Translations under genes and position numbers: made by a program
Part shown: one piece after another, positions 52,506-63,751 of the stretch
How the letters are laid out: each line of letters begins with the position of its first letter
Position numbering within the stretch: the first letter of the stretch is position 1
Assembly (NCBI RefSeq): GCF_006345805.1
Contig: NC_042998.1
Span: 10,354,001 to 10,418,000, forward strand
Source of the DNA: Octopus sinensis
Taxonomy: Eukaryota
Length of the DNA: 64,000 nucleotides
Direction of reading: 5' to 3'
Notes under the pieces: model-generated
Database searches by the model: none
The model's input: the letters and a program-made list of their open reading frames with translations, nothing else
What the model was told of the DNA's origin: nothing

Positions 52506-52595
52506 CGTACAATGATTGCCTACGAAAGGATTTTCAAAACGCTCTCACATGATAAACGCAAATACGCCTACCGGAAGGCAGACACAATGTATATA

Positions 52596-52960
52596 CTCTC
52601 TTACTCTTTTACTTGTTTCAGTCATTTGACTGCGGCCATGCTGGAGCACCGCCTTTAGTCGAGCAAATCGACCCCAGTACTTATTCTATCGGTCTCTTTT
52701 GCCGAACCGCTAAGTGACAGATAGAATACACCAGCATCGGTTGTCAAGCAATGCTAGGGGGACAAACACAAACGCACACACACACATACATATATATATA
52801 TACATATATACGACAGGCTTCTTTCAGTTTCCGTCTACCAAATCCACTCACAAGGCATTGGTCGGCCCGGGGCTATAGCAGAAGACACTTGCCCAGGGAC
52901 TGAACCCGGAACCATGTGGTTGGTTAGCAAGCTACTTACCACACAGCCACTCTTGCGCCT
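52596..52960 (-). mobile_element. SINE family A
   Basis: Match to the other copies. Confidence 0.9.
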
Positions 52961-53152
52961 ATCCCCCTTTTTCCATCAAAATACTATACGTTGACGTAAT
53001 ATAAACCACATCGCCAACGAATGCACACCTCTGCAAGCTAAACTATCCATTTCCGTCAAGTCATAGTTTGTGCTTGACATTTATGAATAGAGTAGAAGAG
53101 GCTGCACCAGCACTTAGAGGGTGCGTATTTCCTGCTGAGTAAATCTGGAGTA

Positions 53153-53293
53153 GGTAAGTAGCTTGCTTACGAACCACATGGTTCCGGGTTCAGTCCCACT
53201 GCGTGGCACCTTGGGCAAGTGTCTTCCGCTATAGCCTCGGGCCGAACAAAGCCTTGTGAGTGGATTTGGTAGACGGAAACTGAAAGAAGCCCG

Positions 53294-53366
<73 letters not shown>

Positions 53367-53900
53367 TGTGTGTCTGTGTTTGTCTCCCTAGCATTGCCTG
53401 ACAACCGATGCTGGTGTGTTTACGTCCCCGTAACTTAGCGGTTCGGCAAAAGAAGCCGATAGAATATATAAGGCGCAGGAGTGGCTATGTGGTAAGTAGC
53501 TTGCTTACCAACCACATGGTTCCGGGTTCAGTCCCACTGCGTGGCACCTTGGGCAAGTGTCTTCCGCTATAGCCTCGGGCCGACCAAAGTCTTGTGAGTG
53601 GATTTGGTAGACGGAAACTGAAAGAAGCCCGTCGTATATATGTATATATATATGTATATATATATACATATGTGTGTTTGTGTGTCTGTGTTTGTCCCCC
53701 TAGCATTGCTTGACAACCGATACTGGTGTGTTTACGTCCCCGTCACTTAGCGGTTCGGCAAAAAGAGACCGATAGAATAAGTACTGGGCTTACAAAAAGA
53801 ATAAGTCCCGGGGTCGATTTGCTCGACTAAAAAGGCGGTGCTCCAGCATGGCCGCAGTCAAATGACTGAAACAAGAAAAAGAGAGTAAAAAGAGTAAAGA
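53153..53900 (+). mobile_element. Tandem SINE family A dimer (partial 53153-53462 plus full 53472-53900)
   Basis: Head-to-tail copies flanked by a 65-bp duplicated segment. Confidence 0.88.
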
Positions 53901-54100
53901 GTAGAGTAGAAGAGGTTGCGCCAGCACTTAGCGGGGGTGCGTATTTGCTGCTGAGTAATCTGGAGTAACGTAAAGTGAAGCGCTTTATTTCGAGATACAA
54001 CTCGCCATGCATGTACTTCAAGACAATCTTAGCTGATTAATCATGAGCTGATTATTCAAACAGCTAACTCATGCTCCTTCACATCGAGTGGATTTTGTTT

Positions 54101-54332
54101 CCTCTCTTTACTCTCTTTTACTCTTTTTCTTGTTTCAGTCATTTGACTGCGGCCATGCTGGAGCACCGCCTTTTTAGTCGAGCAAATCGACCCCGGGACT
54201 TATTCTTTTGTAAGCCCAGTACTTATTCTATCGGTCTCTTTTTGCCGAACCGCTAAGTAACGGGGACGTAAACACACCAGCACCGGTTGTCAAGCAATGC
54301 TAGGGGGACAAACACATACACACACATACATA

Positions 54333-54364
<32 letters not shown>

Positions 54365-54527
54365 CGACAGGCTTCTTTCAGTTTTCGTCTATCAAATCCA
54401 CTCACAAGGCATTGGTCGGCCCAAGGCTATAGCAGAAGACACTTGCCCAAGGTGCCACGCAGTGGGACTGAACCCGGAACTATGTGGTTGGTTAGCAAGC
54501 TACTTACCACACAGCCACTCCTACACC
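54101..54527 (-). mobile_element. SINE family A
   Basis: Full-length match. Confidence 0.9.
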
Positions 54528-54620
54528 CTGTTTATCTGATTCTAAACAATGTCTTCTGTTTTGCAAAAAATATAAGTAACCTAAGTACAGTGCATATGAC
54601 GCCAGACTGCCGTCTTCCTT

Positions 54621-54808
54621 CCCGCCTTTTGTCTCTTCTACCCGTCTTTTGTCTCTTCTACCCGTCTTTTGTCTCTTCTACCCGTCTTTTGTCTCTTCTA
54701 CCCGTCTTTTGTCTCTTCTACCCGTCTTTTGTCTCTTCTACCCGTCTTTTGTCTCTTCTACCCGCCTTTTGTCTCTTCTACCCGTCTTTTGTCTCTTCTA
54801 CCCGTCTT
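54621..54808. repeat. 20-bp minisatellite (CCCGTCTTTTGTCTCTTCTA), 9.4 copies
   Basis: Nearly invariant units; two carry a T to C change. Confidence 0.97.
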
Positions 54809-55070
54809 AGTACCGGTAAGATGTTAGGCTTTTTTAAATTCTTTGTGAAATAAGAAACCTCTCTTGATCAAGCAGACTTTAAAATCAACACTGTTCTATT
54901 TGACGTAATGCTCAAATGGATTAAACAAGTGCACTGTTAGTCGTGTGTATGTGCTTGTGTGCGAATGTTCTCACTACATTGGAAAGTTTGTAGCAGAGTG
55001 AACATTGTTTATGACGAGGAAGACATCAGTAGTATATGCACAGCCATTTAAGAAAGCAAACACACACACA

Positions 55071-55153
<83 letters not shown>

Positions 55154-55305
55154 ACAAACACACACACACACACACAGATAACTTAACTGAATATGGAAAC
55201 CAGACTGTTAGTGCAGCCGTTTTTTGGTTGTCACATCCTGGGTGGTTTGCTGGTTCAAGGGTGGAGGACGAATATATATACATATTCTGTGTCTACATAG
55301 GTACC

Positions 55306-55572
55306 GTGGAGGCACAATGGCCCAGTGGTTAAGGTAGCGGACTCGCAGTGGTAGGATCGCGGTTTCGATTCTTTGACCGGGCGTTGTGAGTGTTTATTGA
55401 GCGAAAGCACCTAAAGCTCTACGAGGCTCCGGCAGGGAGAGGTGGCGATCCCTGCTCGCTTAGCCAGCGGGGTGGCGTCATTTGAAGGCTAAAACAATGT
55501 GAAGCGCATTGTGACCAGCGATGTGTAGCAACATCTGATAGCCTGGTCGGTCACGGTAATCACGGTGATATA
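55306..55572 (+). mobile_element. SINE with family B head and alternative tail
   Basis: Reverse complement of the 50728-51013 type. Confidence 0.8.
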
Positions 55573-56383
55573 GGTACCAGCACTTAAAGCTAATAGTGAG
55601 CACACAGCGCATGCCCTCAAAGTAGAAAAAGAGAGAGAGAGAGAGAGAGTTGAACCGTTACTAAGTTGGGACTCATTTTCAGCTGAGTAGATGGAGCAAT
55701 GTGAAACGAAGTGTTTTTGGTCAAAGGCAATCATGAACCCAACACTGTAACCATTAGACTCCTAGCCCAACCCAGTCCAGTGTAGAACGTGTACCCGTAT
55801 AACCTAAGTCATTACATCTGAAACCCTCCCTGCCCTAATGTATATCTAATACTGAGTTGTCGAATATATCTTTCTTCATTTACGACACAGTGTCTCTAGC
55901 ACTGTATTATCCAAAGTGTTGCTCCGTTTTTAAGACAAGATGTGACTGAATATGAATTGGTTTCTATTTTTAGCAGAGGAGGCAACCGCATAGAGACTTT
56001 TGAAATTTAGTACTTTTATCTTGTCCCACATTTGGGGATACGATAATTGCCAATCTACGCTTACATTTGATGTGTACTGTGTACTAGTGTACTAGTGGGA
56101 CCCGTGAATATTTCACGGAGTTAATGATAAACCTATTTGGTTATTTCTGAAAACTCTATTAAAAAAAAAAACATATCCTAAATGTTTGGGGCGGGGTTAA
56201 TCGATTACTTCGACTCGTACTCAACTGGTAGTTGTTTTTTTTTTTGACCCCGAAGGTCTGATTGCCTAAGTCAATCTCGGCGGAAATTGAATCCGCGTAA
56301 CATTTTGTGCGGTGTGCTTGCCTCCTTAATTTATGACGCAATAATAAAAAGATTGTGGGAACCGGATCTCCAGTTTTATTCTG

Positions 56384-56775
56384 AGCAGGAGTGGCTGTGT
56401 GGTAAGTAGCTTGCTAACCAACCACATGGTTCCGGGTTCAGTCCCACTGCGTGGCATCTTGGGCAAGTGTCTTCTGCTATAGCCCCGGGCCGACCAATGC
56501 CTTGTGAGTGGATTTGGTAGACGGAAACTGAAAGAAGCCTGTCGAATATATGTATATATATATGTATGTGTGTGTTTGTGTGTGTGTGTTTGTCCCCCGA
56601 GCATTGCTTGACAACCGATGCTGGTGTGTTTACGTCCCCCGTCACTTAGCGGTTCGGCAAAAGAAACCGATAGAATAAGTACTGGGCTTACAAAGAATAA
56701 GTCCCGGGGTCGATTGCTCGACTAAAGGCGGTGCTCCAGCATGGCCGCAGTCAAATGACTGAAACAAGTAAAAGA
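56384..56775 (+). mobile_element. SINE family A
   Basis: Full-length match. Confidence 0.9.
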
Positions 56776-57192
56776 TACAATGTGTGATCTATTCAAAAGA
56801 GAACAAACTATGCTTAATAACCGATTAGAAGTTGGATATACACGAATTTATGTGGAGTTTTAAGCAAACGGTAACTGTTCCTTTGTCTCATTTGAAATAG
56901 CATCTTTTCAAAACAGACACGGATGCAAGAGAAGAAATCCCCTTACTAACGTCGCTTAATCGTTCAATATATTTTGTTTTCCTCGTACAATACTCCTACA
57001 GTATATCTCCCGATAGATATCTGTTTCTTCCTTAGCAATAGTCAACTCGAAGAGACATCATATACTTTAGTTAGATAAGGCTTAACGACAGCGCACAGTG
57101 ATGGCTATAAAATAAGGACCTTAATTAACTATTAGTAATTATTGAATGGGAAAAGATCATGGAAGAAAGTAAAGACTATAAAGTAGACTTAC

Positions 57193-57392
57193 GTTGGCCC
57201 ATACTGGAAAGATAGCGTCGTTAAGTGAGCATTGGTTAAGGCAAGTAATACAATGCCAATAATATACACATAATCATTTGAGAAGTACACAGGAAATGTC
57301 CGCTGTTCCGGTAAATAGTTGCAAAACATGAAGAATGGAATACAGATGAGGCCTCTGATAATTGCTACTAACCAAATATACTTCACTGTAGG
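57193..57392 (-). CDS. SLC29A: Equilibrative nucleoside transporter (ENT/SLC29) penultimate coding exon, TM9-TM10 region
   Basis: Translates PTVKYIWLVAIIRGLICIPFFMFCNYLPEQRTFPVYFSNDYVYIIGIVLLALTNAHLTTLSFQYGP, matching the ENT pattern R..FIPLF..CN...P....ND.......FA.SNGYL......GP. Acceptor ctttatag|CCT, donor AC|gtaagt; 200 bp (phase 0 to 2). Family-level call only. Confidence 0.9.
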
Positions 57393-58139
57393 CTATAAAG
57401 AGAAAGAGTAAACATATATTATAAATATAAATATGAATATATATATTTATATACATAACAATTATGTTTATATACCAACAGAATGTGGCAGTCCTATAAA
57501 GGACAATGTAAGTGTTGTTTTTTTCATATAAATATGAAAATAAAACAAAGGAAAATGCATACATTTTACATAGTTTTCGTGTAATTTAAAATTTATTCTA
57601 TATTGTGTTTGTCGACCGGTTTCACTTTCGCTAATCACGACATTGAAATTATTGTAATTTCATATTTTCTTAAGAAGATTTTAGTCCATGTTGTATGTGG
57701 AGAAGTTTATGAATGAATGATTCAACAAGCAGAAAAATCTAAGTGGGGGGGGGGGGTAATTGGCGATCGTTATTACTGGGGACAGGGAAGGTAATTGTTC
57801 ATCTTTCGGGAGAGGATAAATAAATGTACACAAAACTCAAAAGCTAAAGTAGTGAGATGAAATATGTATAGTGATGGGTATGTTATCATAAATCAAAATA
57901 TATACTGAGATCAAAGTTGGTTATGCACTGATATTTAGACGTGTTCTGTATTTTTTGATGAACAAATATTCATTATTTTAACGCTCTCATACAGAAATTG
58001 TCTCTTTGCACTGGTTGATGGGTGAAAACTGTGAAGTTTGGTTGGATATTACCGGCACATCTCTCTATGTGTTCATTCAAAGGAATCTGTATTGCATGAA
58101 CCAGATCTGTTCCTTGTATATATATATATATATATATAT

Positions 58140-58230
58140 ACCCTCCTTCTTCCATTTTCCTGAGCGCCTAATAATAATAATACTGTAATTGTTCCACGTG
58201 TTGTTGTTTTTTCTGTTTTCCCGTTTGGAT
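58140..58230 (+). repeat. Fragment of the same interspersed repeat as 3260-3350
   Basis: cctgagcgccta.taataataatactgtaattgttcc...ttggattaa shared. Confidence 0.6.
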
Positions 58231-58484
58231 TAACCTTATATATATATATTGATATATATATATATACATGAGGAAAAGATCCTTCTGTTGCTAATATATA
58301 TATGTGCGCGCGCGCGTGTGTATGTGTGAATGTGTGTGCGTGTGTGCGTGTGTGAGTGTGTTGTGTGCGTGTGTGTGTGTGTGAGTGTGTGTATGTATAT
58401 ATATATATATATATCTTAATATATAAAATCCGTTCCGCATATATATCCACATATATATTAGCAACAGAAGCAGTGTTAAGACCG

Positions 58485-59201
58485 AATGGCTATCTTCATA
58501 TTCTACTTAATATGGGTTAGAATGCTGTATCATTGCTGTATTCACCCCGAGAGATCCTGTCATATAGCTCTACTGTGTTAAGAACACGGGAACATATCGT
58601 TAGCAGACGAAACTATCTGCCATGGGCACTGGAACAGCCAGATCATGTGATTTCAGCGTATTTGCACTTCCTCAGTAGCAGGCATTTGCTCGTTTCATGC
58701 CAGCCAAATCTCTGCCAACAATATATAAAATAACAGAGCGCTCGCCTGCCACTGATATTTGCTTGTGCTCTTAGTAATGTAAGTCTATATGAGAGAGTCT
58801 CTTAAAGCGAACACGGCGACCGAATAATACATTCACGTTAAGTAGGGCATAAAGAATGCCATTTGATATAACTACATTTTCTGTCACAAGTATTTATTTC
58901 TTTTTAAAGTTTTCTGGCTATTTGCAACAACCAGTGACTGAACAGTCACTGTTATTCTATATATTATTGGCAGCGAGATTTGGCTGACCTGCGACGAAAG
59001 ACACATATCACAGAAGAAGTGCATGTTCGCCGAAATCACGCGATCTACCAGTTCCGGTGCTCATGCCAGACAATTCTCAACTAACGATATATGTCTGTGC
59101 TTTTAGCTCTGTACGTCTATATTAGAGACGAATATCTCTGTAATACAAATACGACGCTTTAATAATACATTCACGTTAAGTAGGATATAAAGATTGCCAT
59201 T
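58485..59201. repeat. Old inverted repeat, arms about 250 bp, about 210-bp spacer
   Basis: 58485-58740 matches the reverse complement of 58949-59201 in several blocks (e.g. cagccaaatctc.gccaacaatatataaaataacag); 58823-58868 is also repeated directly at 59161-59206. Confidence 0.8.
58635..58681 (-). ncRNA. Type I hammerhead ribozyme, canonical core
   Basis: Minus strand CUGCUA-CUGAGGA-AGUG caaaua CGCU-GAAA-UC acau GA-UC^UGGC: full core, 4-bp stem II, 3-4-bp stem III, 4-bp stem I, AUC triplet. Activity not tested. Confidence 0.8.
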
Positions 59202-59318
59202 TGATACATACATATGTGGTTGAGTGCATGTGTGTAGATATATATATATTTATATATATATATGTTTAAATATTTGTTGTGCAAGATTTTTTATGTGAAG
59301 TCGTGTGTGTTGAAACAG

Positions 59319-59743
59319 ATATTGTTATATTTCGGAATGGTCATATTGCCAGTTAGCCAATAAAAAACACACGCACTATATATTTGGTGTTATTTTGCTT
59401 CAGTGATATTATTTTTTACATTAATCTTAATCTTATTTCGGCCAAAGTTCTTTCGTCACACTCCTGTGACCGCATCAGTGGTCCTTTGTTTTCTTCTCAC
59501 TTATTTGTGTCTCTCCTTACTAACCGTCAGCCATTTTGTAGTAAGGAGAGACACAAATAAGTGAGAAGAAAACAAAGGACCACTGATGCGGTCACAGGAG
59601 TGTGACGGAAGAACTTTGGCCGAAATAAGATTAAGATTAATGTAAAAAATAAATATCACTGAAGCAAAATAACACCAAATATATAGTGCGTGTGTTTTTA
59701 TTGGCTAAACTGGCAATATGACCATTCCGAAATATAACAATAT
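59319..59743. repeat. Near-perfect palindrome, arms about 204 bp, 16-nt loop
   Basis: 59319-59522 versus 59539-59743 differ by about 1 substitution and 3 single-base indels; loop 59523-59538. Confidence 0.97.
59439..59484 (-). ncRNA. Hammerhead-like motif with variant core (mirror copy at 59577-59622, plus)
   Basis: GGACCA-CUGAUGC-G-GUCAC aggagu GUGAC-GAAA-G aa C-UU-UGGCC; A9 replaced by C in both arms. Confidence 0.4.
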
Positions 59744-59948
59744 ATATATATATATATATATGTATGTATTATGTACGTATATATATATGTATATATTATA
59801 TATATATATATATATACATACATATATAGGTTCAGTAAAAATTTAGATTCAGTTGAATATGGTACTTAAGTTAAAGGCACCAGAATTTGGTATGGTATTA
59901 TCCATATAATTCAAAATGGGGTGATTATATCCTTGCTGCTTATTTTGA

Positions 59949-59993
<45 letters not shown>

Positions 59994-60699
59994 TATGTAC
60001 TTAACACATTAAATAAAAACATGCATTAACTTAAAAAAACTGACTCCTGATTGAAAGTAGAATTTTGATTCTGGTTAATTATATGTGTGTGTGTGTGTAT
60101 ATGTGTGTATCACTGTGAGTCTGAATATACATATATGTATTTTTGTATGTGCGTTCATGTGTATGTGTTGAGTGGACACTGATATCAAATAAGATGGTAA
60201 GTACTTATAGTATGCTAATTAGTGACTCCAGTTCTCTGAAGTTACTAGATTTGCTATGTATACAAAACTGATTGGCTACTTTTTTCCGCCTACAGAATTA
60301 AATTTGCTCTGCTTATAAGTCTACTACAAAGGATACATACATCTGTCTGTCTGTCTGTCCCTCTTTCTCTCACACTCTCTCTCACTCTTTCACTTTCTCT
60401 CAACATATATGTACTTATATCTATGTATATGTATATATATAGGCATAAAATTGATAATTTTATTACATTACGTCAATTGACGTAATGTAATAGGTATGTG
60501 CTATGAGTGCTCACTTTGGTTTACCACTAAAACCTCGTCTTCAACTACAACAAAGATGTGTGGTGCTGAAATTGCCTATCCATGGTGGATAGAAGTGGTT
60601 TATCACTGAGCGAGTAGGCATACATTAAAACAGTTAATGAACCAGCAAAACTTTTGACATCATTCTAGTACATATAATTTATAATATAAACATAGCACA

Positions 60700-61267
60700 A
60701 AGGCGGTAAGCTGGTAGAAACGTTAGCACGCCGGACGAAATGCGTAGCCGTATTTCGCCTGCCGCTACGTTCTGAGTTCAAATTCCGCCGAGGTCGACTT
60801 TGCCTTTCAGCCTTTCGGGGTCGATAAATTAAGTACCAGTTATGCACTGGGGTCGTTGTAATCGACTTAATCCCTTTGTCTGTCTTTTTTGTCCCCTCTA
60901 TGTTTAGCTCCTTGTGGGTAGTAAATAAATAGGTATATCGTCTGCCGCTACGTTCTGAGTTCAAATTCCGCCGAGGTCGACTTTGCCTTTCATCCTTTCG
61001 GGGTCGATAAATTAAGTACCAGTTATGCACTGGGGTCGTTGTAATCGACTTAATCCCTTTGTCCGTCCTTGTTTGTCCCCTCTATGTTTAACCCCTTGTG
61101 GGTAGTAAAGAAATAGGTATTTCGTCTGTCTTTACGTTCTGAGTGTAAATTCCGCCGAGGTCGACTTTGCCTTTCATCCTTTCGGGGTCGATAAATTAAG
61201 TACGTTGCGTACTGGGGTAGATCTAATCGACTGGATCCCTCCCACCAAATTTCTGGCCTTGTTCCTA
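60700..61267 (+). mobile_element. SINE family D, tandem trimer
   Basis: Units 60750-60932, 60933-61116 and 61117-61267 (third unit has a different tail). Confidence 0.9.
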
Positions 61268-61354
61268 GAGTAGAAAAGAATGTTTATATTATGAATTAAA
61301 TGTTCTAGAATGATGCCAGATGTATTCTTGTTTTAATATATATATTTTTTATTC

Positions 61355-61660
61355 TTTTAGTTACTTCAGTCATTTTGACTGTGGCCATGCTGGAGCACCT
61401 CCTTTTAGTCGAACAAATTGACTCCTGGACTTATTCTTTGTAAGCCTGGTATTTATCCTATGGGTCTCTTTGTCGAGCCGCTAGGTTATGGAGACGTAAA
61501 CACACGATTGACTTCTTTCAGTTTCCGTCTAACAAATTCACTCTCAAGGCTTTGGTCGGCTCGAGGCTATCATAGAAGGCACTTGCCCAAGGTGACATGC
61601 AGCGGGACTGAACCCCGAACCATGTGGTTGGGAAGCAAGCTTCTTACCACACAGCCACGC
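61355..61660 (-). mobile_element. Diverged SINE family A
   Basis: Recognisable ends, internal repeat deleted. Confidence 0.75.
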
Positions 61661-62214
61661 CTGGACAGGATAGATAGGTATTAACAGATATAGCAAACTG
61701 GTGGTTTAATCATTTGTGACATCAGTTTCTATATAAAATTTTCTGGGAAAACAGGTAAAAATAGAAAATTGTATGTATATGTGTGTATGTATGTATGCAT
61801 GCATATATGTACAAAATGGCGATGGTTGGTATCTATTGCTATGCTATCACTTATTATTCAGAGTATATGCGAGCATCCAGCAAGAGTAAAAACCGAAAAC
61901 TCTGTAAGATAGATGAAGGACAGTACCAACTGCAACTAAATCCAAGGAAGGAAACAGACTCCACTTGAATGGAAGCTTCTCCAATGTTTGATTCTATACA
62001 GGACTGGTTCTGGGTGCAGGAAACCCCAAGACCAAAATGGAAATTCTATGGAAACAACTTAACCAGCATTAAGGAGAAAGGAGAGCACGAGTTGAAAAGG
62101 TAGTGTTATATGGTAGTACGTTAGTCCAGAAAGATAGGGTAAACTGAATCGATTGCATAAATTTTATGTAATTTGTGTATGGTGTCTATAGATGTAATAG
62201 ATTTAATATTTCCC

Positions 62215-62510
62215 TCTGAGAAACATTTTTTCACGCTGAGAGTTGCTGAAGCATGGAACAAACTGCCGGCATCAGTTGTTAGTTGTCAGAGCACTGCATC
62301 CTTCAAAACGTCCATGCTTTCTGAGATTCGCCAACACTACACTTGATTTTCTCCCCTCCATACACACACAAGCATGTATCTGACTCATACATTGTTCGCT
62401 TTCCAGACATTTGTACATTACTTCATATACTTTATATGCACTTTCTGACAAGTTGTGGTGCACCTGAGCACTGTATACAATAATTTCATTATTATCATTA
62501 TTATTATTAT
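62215..62510 (+). mobile_element. CR1-type LINE 3' fragment (subfamily B)
   Basis: aaacattttttcacgctgagagttgctgaagcatggaacaaactgccg...ttattattat. Confidence 0.85.
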
Positions 62511-62771
62511 GAGATAGCAGGGATCTTGTACTAATGCTGAGAGATACTTCGAAAAGGCTTATCCATTCTACATATCTCTATTGAGAGTAGGGAATAAGTA
62601 GGCTGTTGTGTAGTTTGAGAAGAAAAATAAATACTTAGTTGCTTCTTACTGTGAGTTGGTTTTTAATATAAAGAGTTGTTTATGATTGTAATTACATATC
62701 AAGTTAACACTTGTAGTTGTATATTTAGTTGAAATAAACAAAAGTTTTATACACCCAGACAAATATTTATA

Positions 62772-62892
62772 CGTATGTATGTATGTACGTCATCATTCAG
62801 GTTTATTTTGATTTTTTGCTAATAGAGAAAATGCCGGTTTCTAACCTAGATCCAAGGCACCTTCATTGGAATTTTCACATCAACAGCAGGGT
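62772..62892 (-). mobile_element. R4/Dong-like 3' UTR fragment
   Basis: gccaatagagaaa..gccggtttctaacctagatcc matches 12750-12790. Confidence 0.7.
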
Positions 62893-63279
62893 ATGTATGT
62901 ATGTATGTATGTATGTATGTATGTATGTATGTATGTATGTATGTATGTATGTATGTATGTATGTATGTATGTATGTCTTTGTGTATGTATTTCAGTGTTA
63001 TGAATGTATCTGAGCAAGTTAATGAGAGATACGAACCACAGCTGCATGATATTCAACATGTCACCTGATTTATTCGCTGAATCAAGGCTACTCCCTGGGG
63101 TTCGGAGTAGAGCGGTCGATCTACACTTTGGCCATTAAGAGAAATTAAATCAAGTTTGAGAAGACAAGTAAACACTTAGTTGCTTCTTACTGCGATTTGG
63201 TCTTGAATATAAAGAAGCAAATGAGAGGCAAGGTTTATGCACACAGACATAAATATTTATACGTATGTATGAATCTAAT

Positions 63280-63678
63280 GGCGCAGGAGTAGCTGTGTGG
63301 TAAGTAGCTTGCTTACCAACCACATGGTTCCGGGTTCAGTCCCACTGCGTGGCACTTTGGGCAAGTGACTTCTACTATAGCCTCGGGCCGACCAAAGCCT
63401 TGTGAGTGGATTTGGTAGACGGAAACTGAAAGAAGCCCGTCGTATATATATATATATATATATATACGTGTGTGTTTGTGTGAGTGTGTTTGTCCCCCTA
63501 GCATTGCTTGACAACCGATGCTGGTGTGTTTATGTCCCCGTTACTTAGCGGTTCGGCAAAAGAGACCGATAGAATAAGTACTGGGCTTACAAAAGAATAA
63601 GTCCCGGGGTCGAGTTGCTCGATTAAAGGCGGTGCTCCAGCATGACAGCAGTCAAATGACTGAAACAAGTAAAAGAGT
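63280..63678 (+). mobile_element. SINE family A
   Basis: Full-length match. Confidence 0.9.
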
Positions 63679-63751
63679 AATGCAGGAGCTTAAGCGAACT
63701 GAAAGAATGTCGTCTGACGTATTAGAGATTGCAACACTATCCTTTTCTGAT

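Noticed and set aside
62612-63270. Diverged local direct repeat (62612-62674 versus 63153-63216)
   Set aside because: Real but short and old; no structure or coding signal to support a functional call.
824-63514. Many ORFs rich in YI, CV, HT or MYVC
   Set aside because: Translations of (TA)n, (CA)n and (TATG)n microsatellites or SINE bodies.
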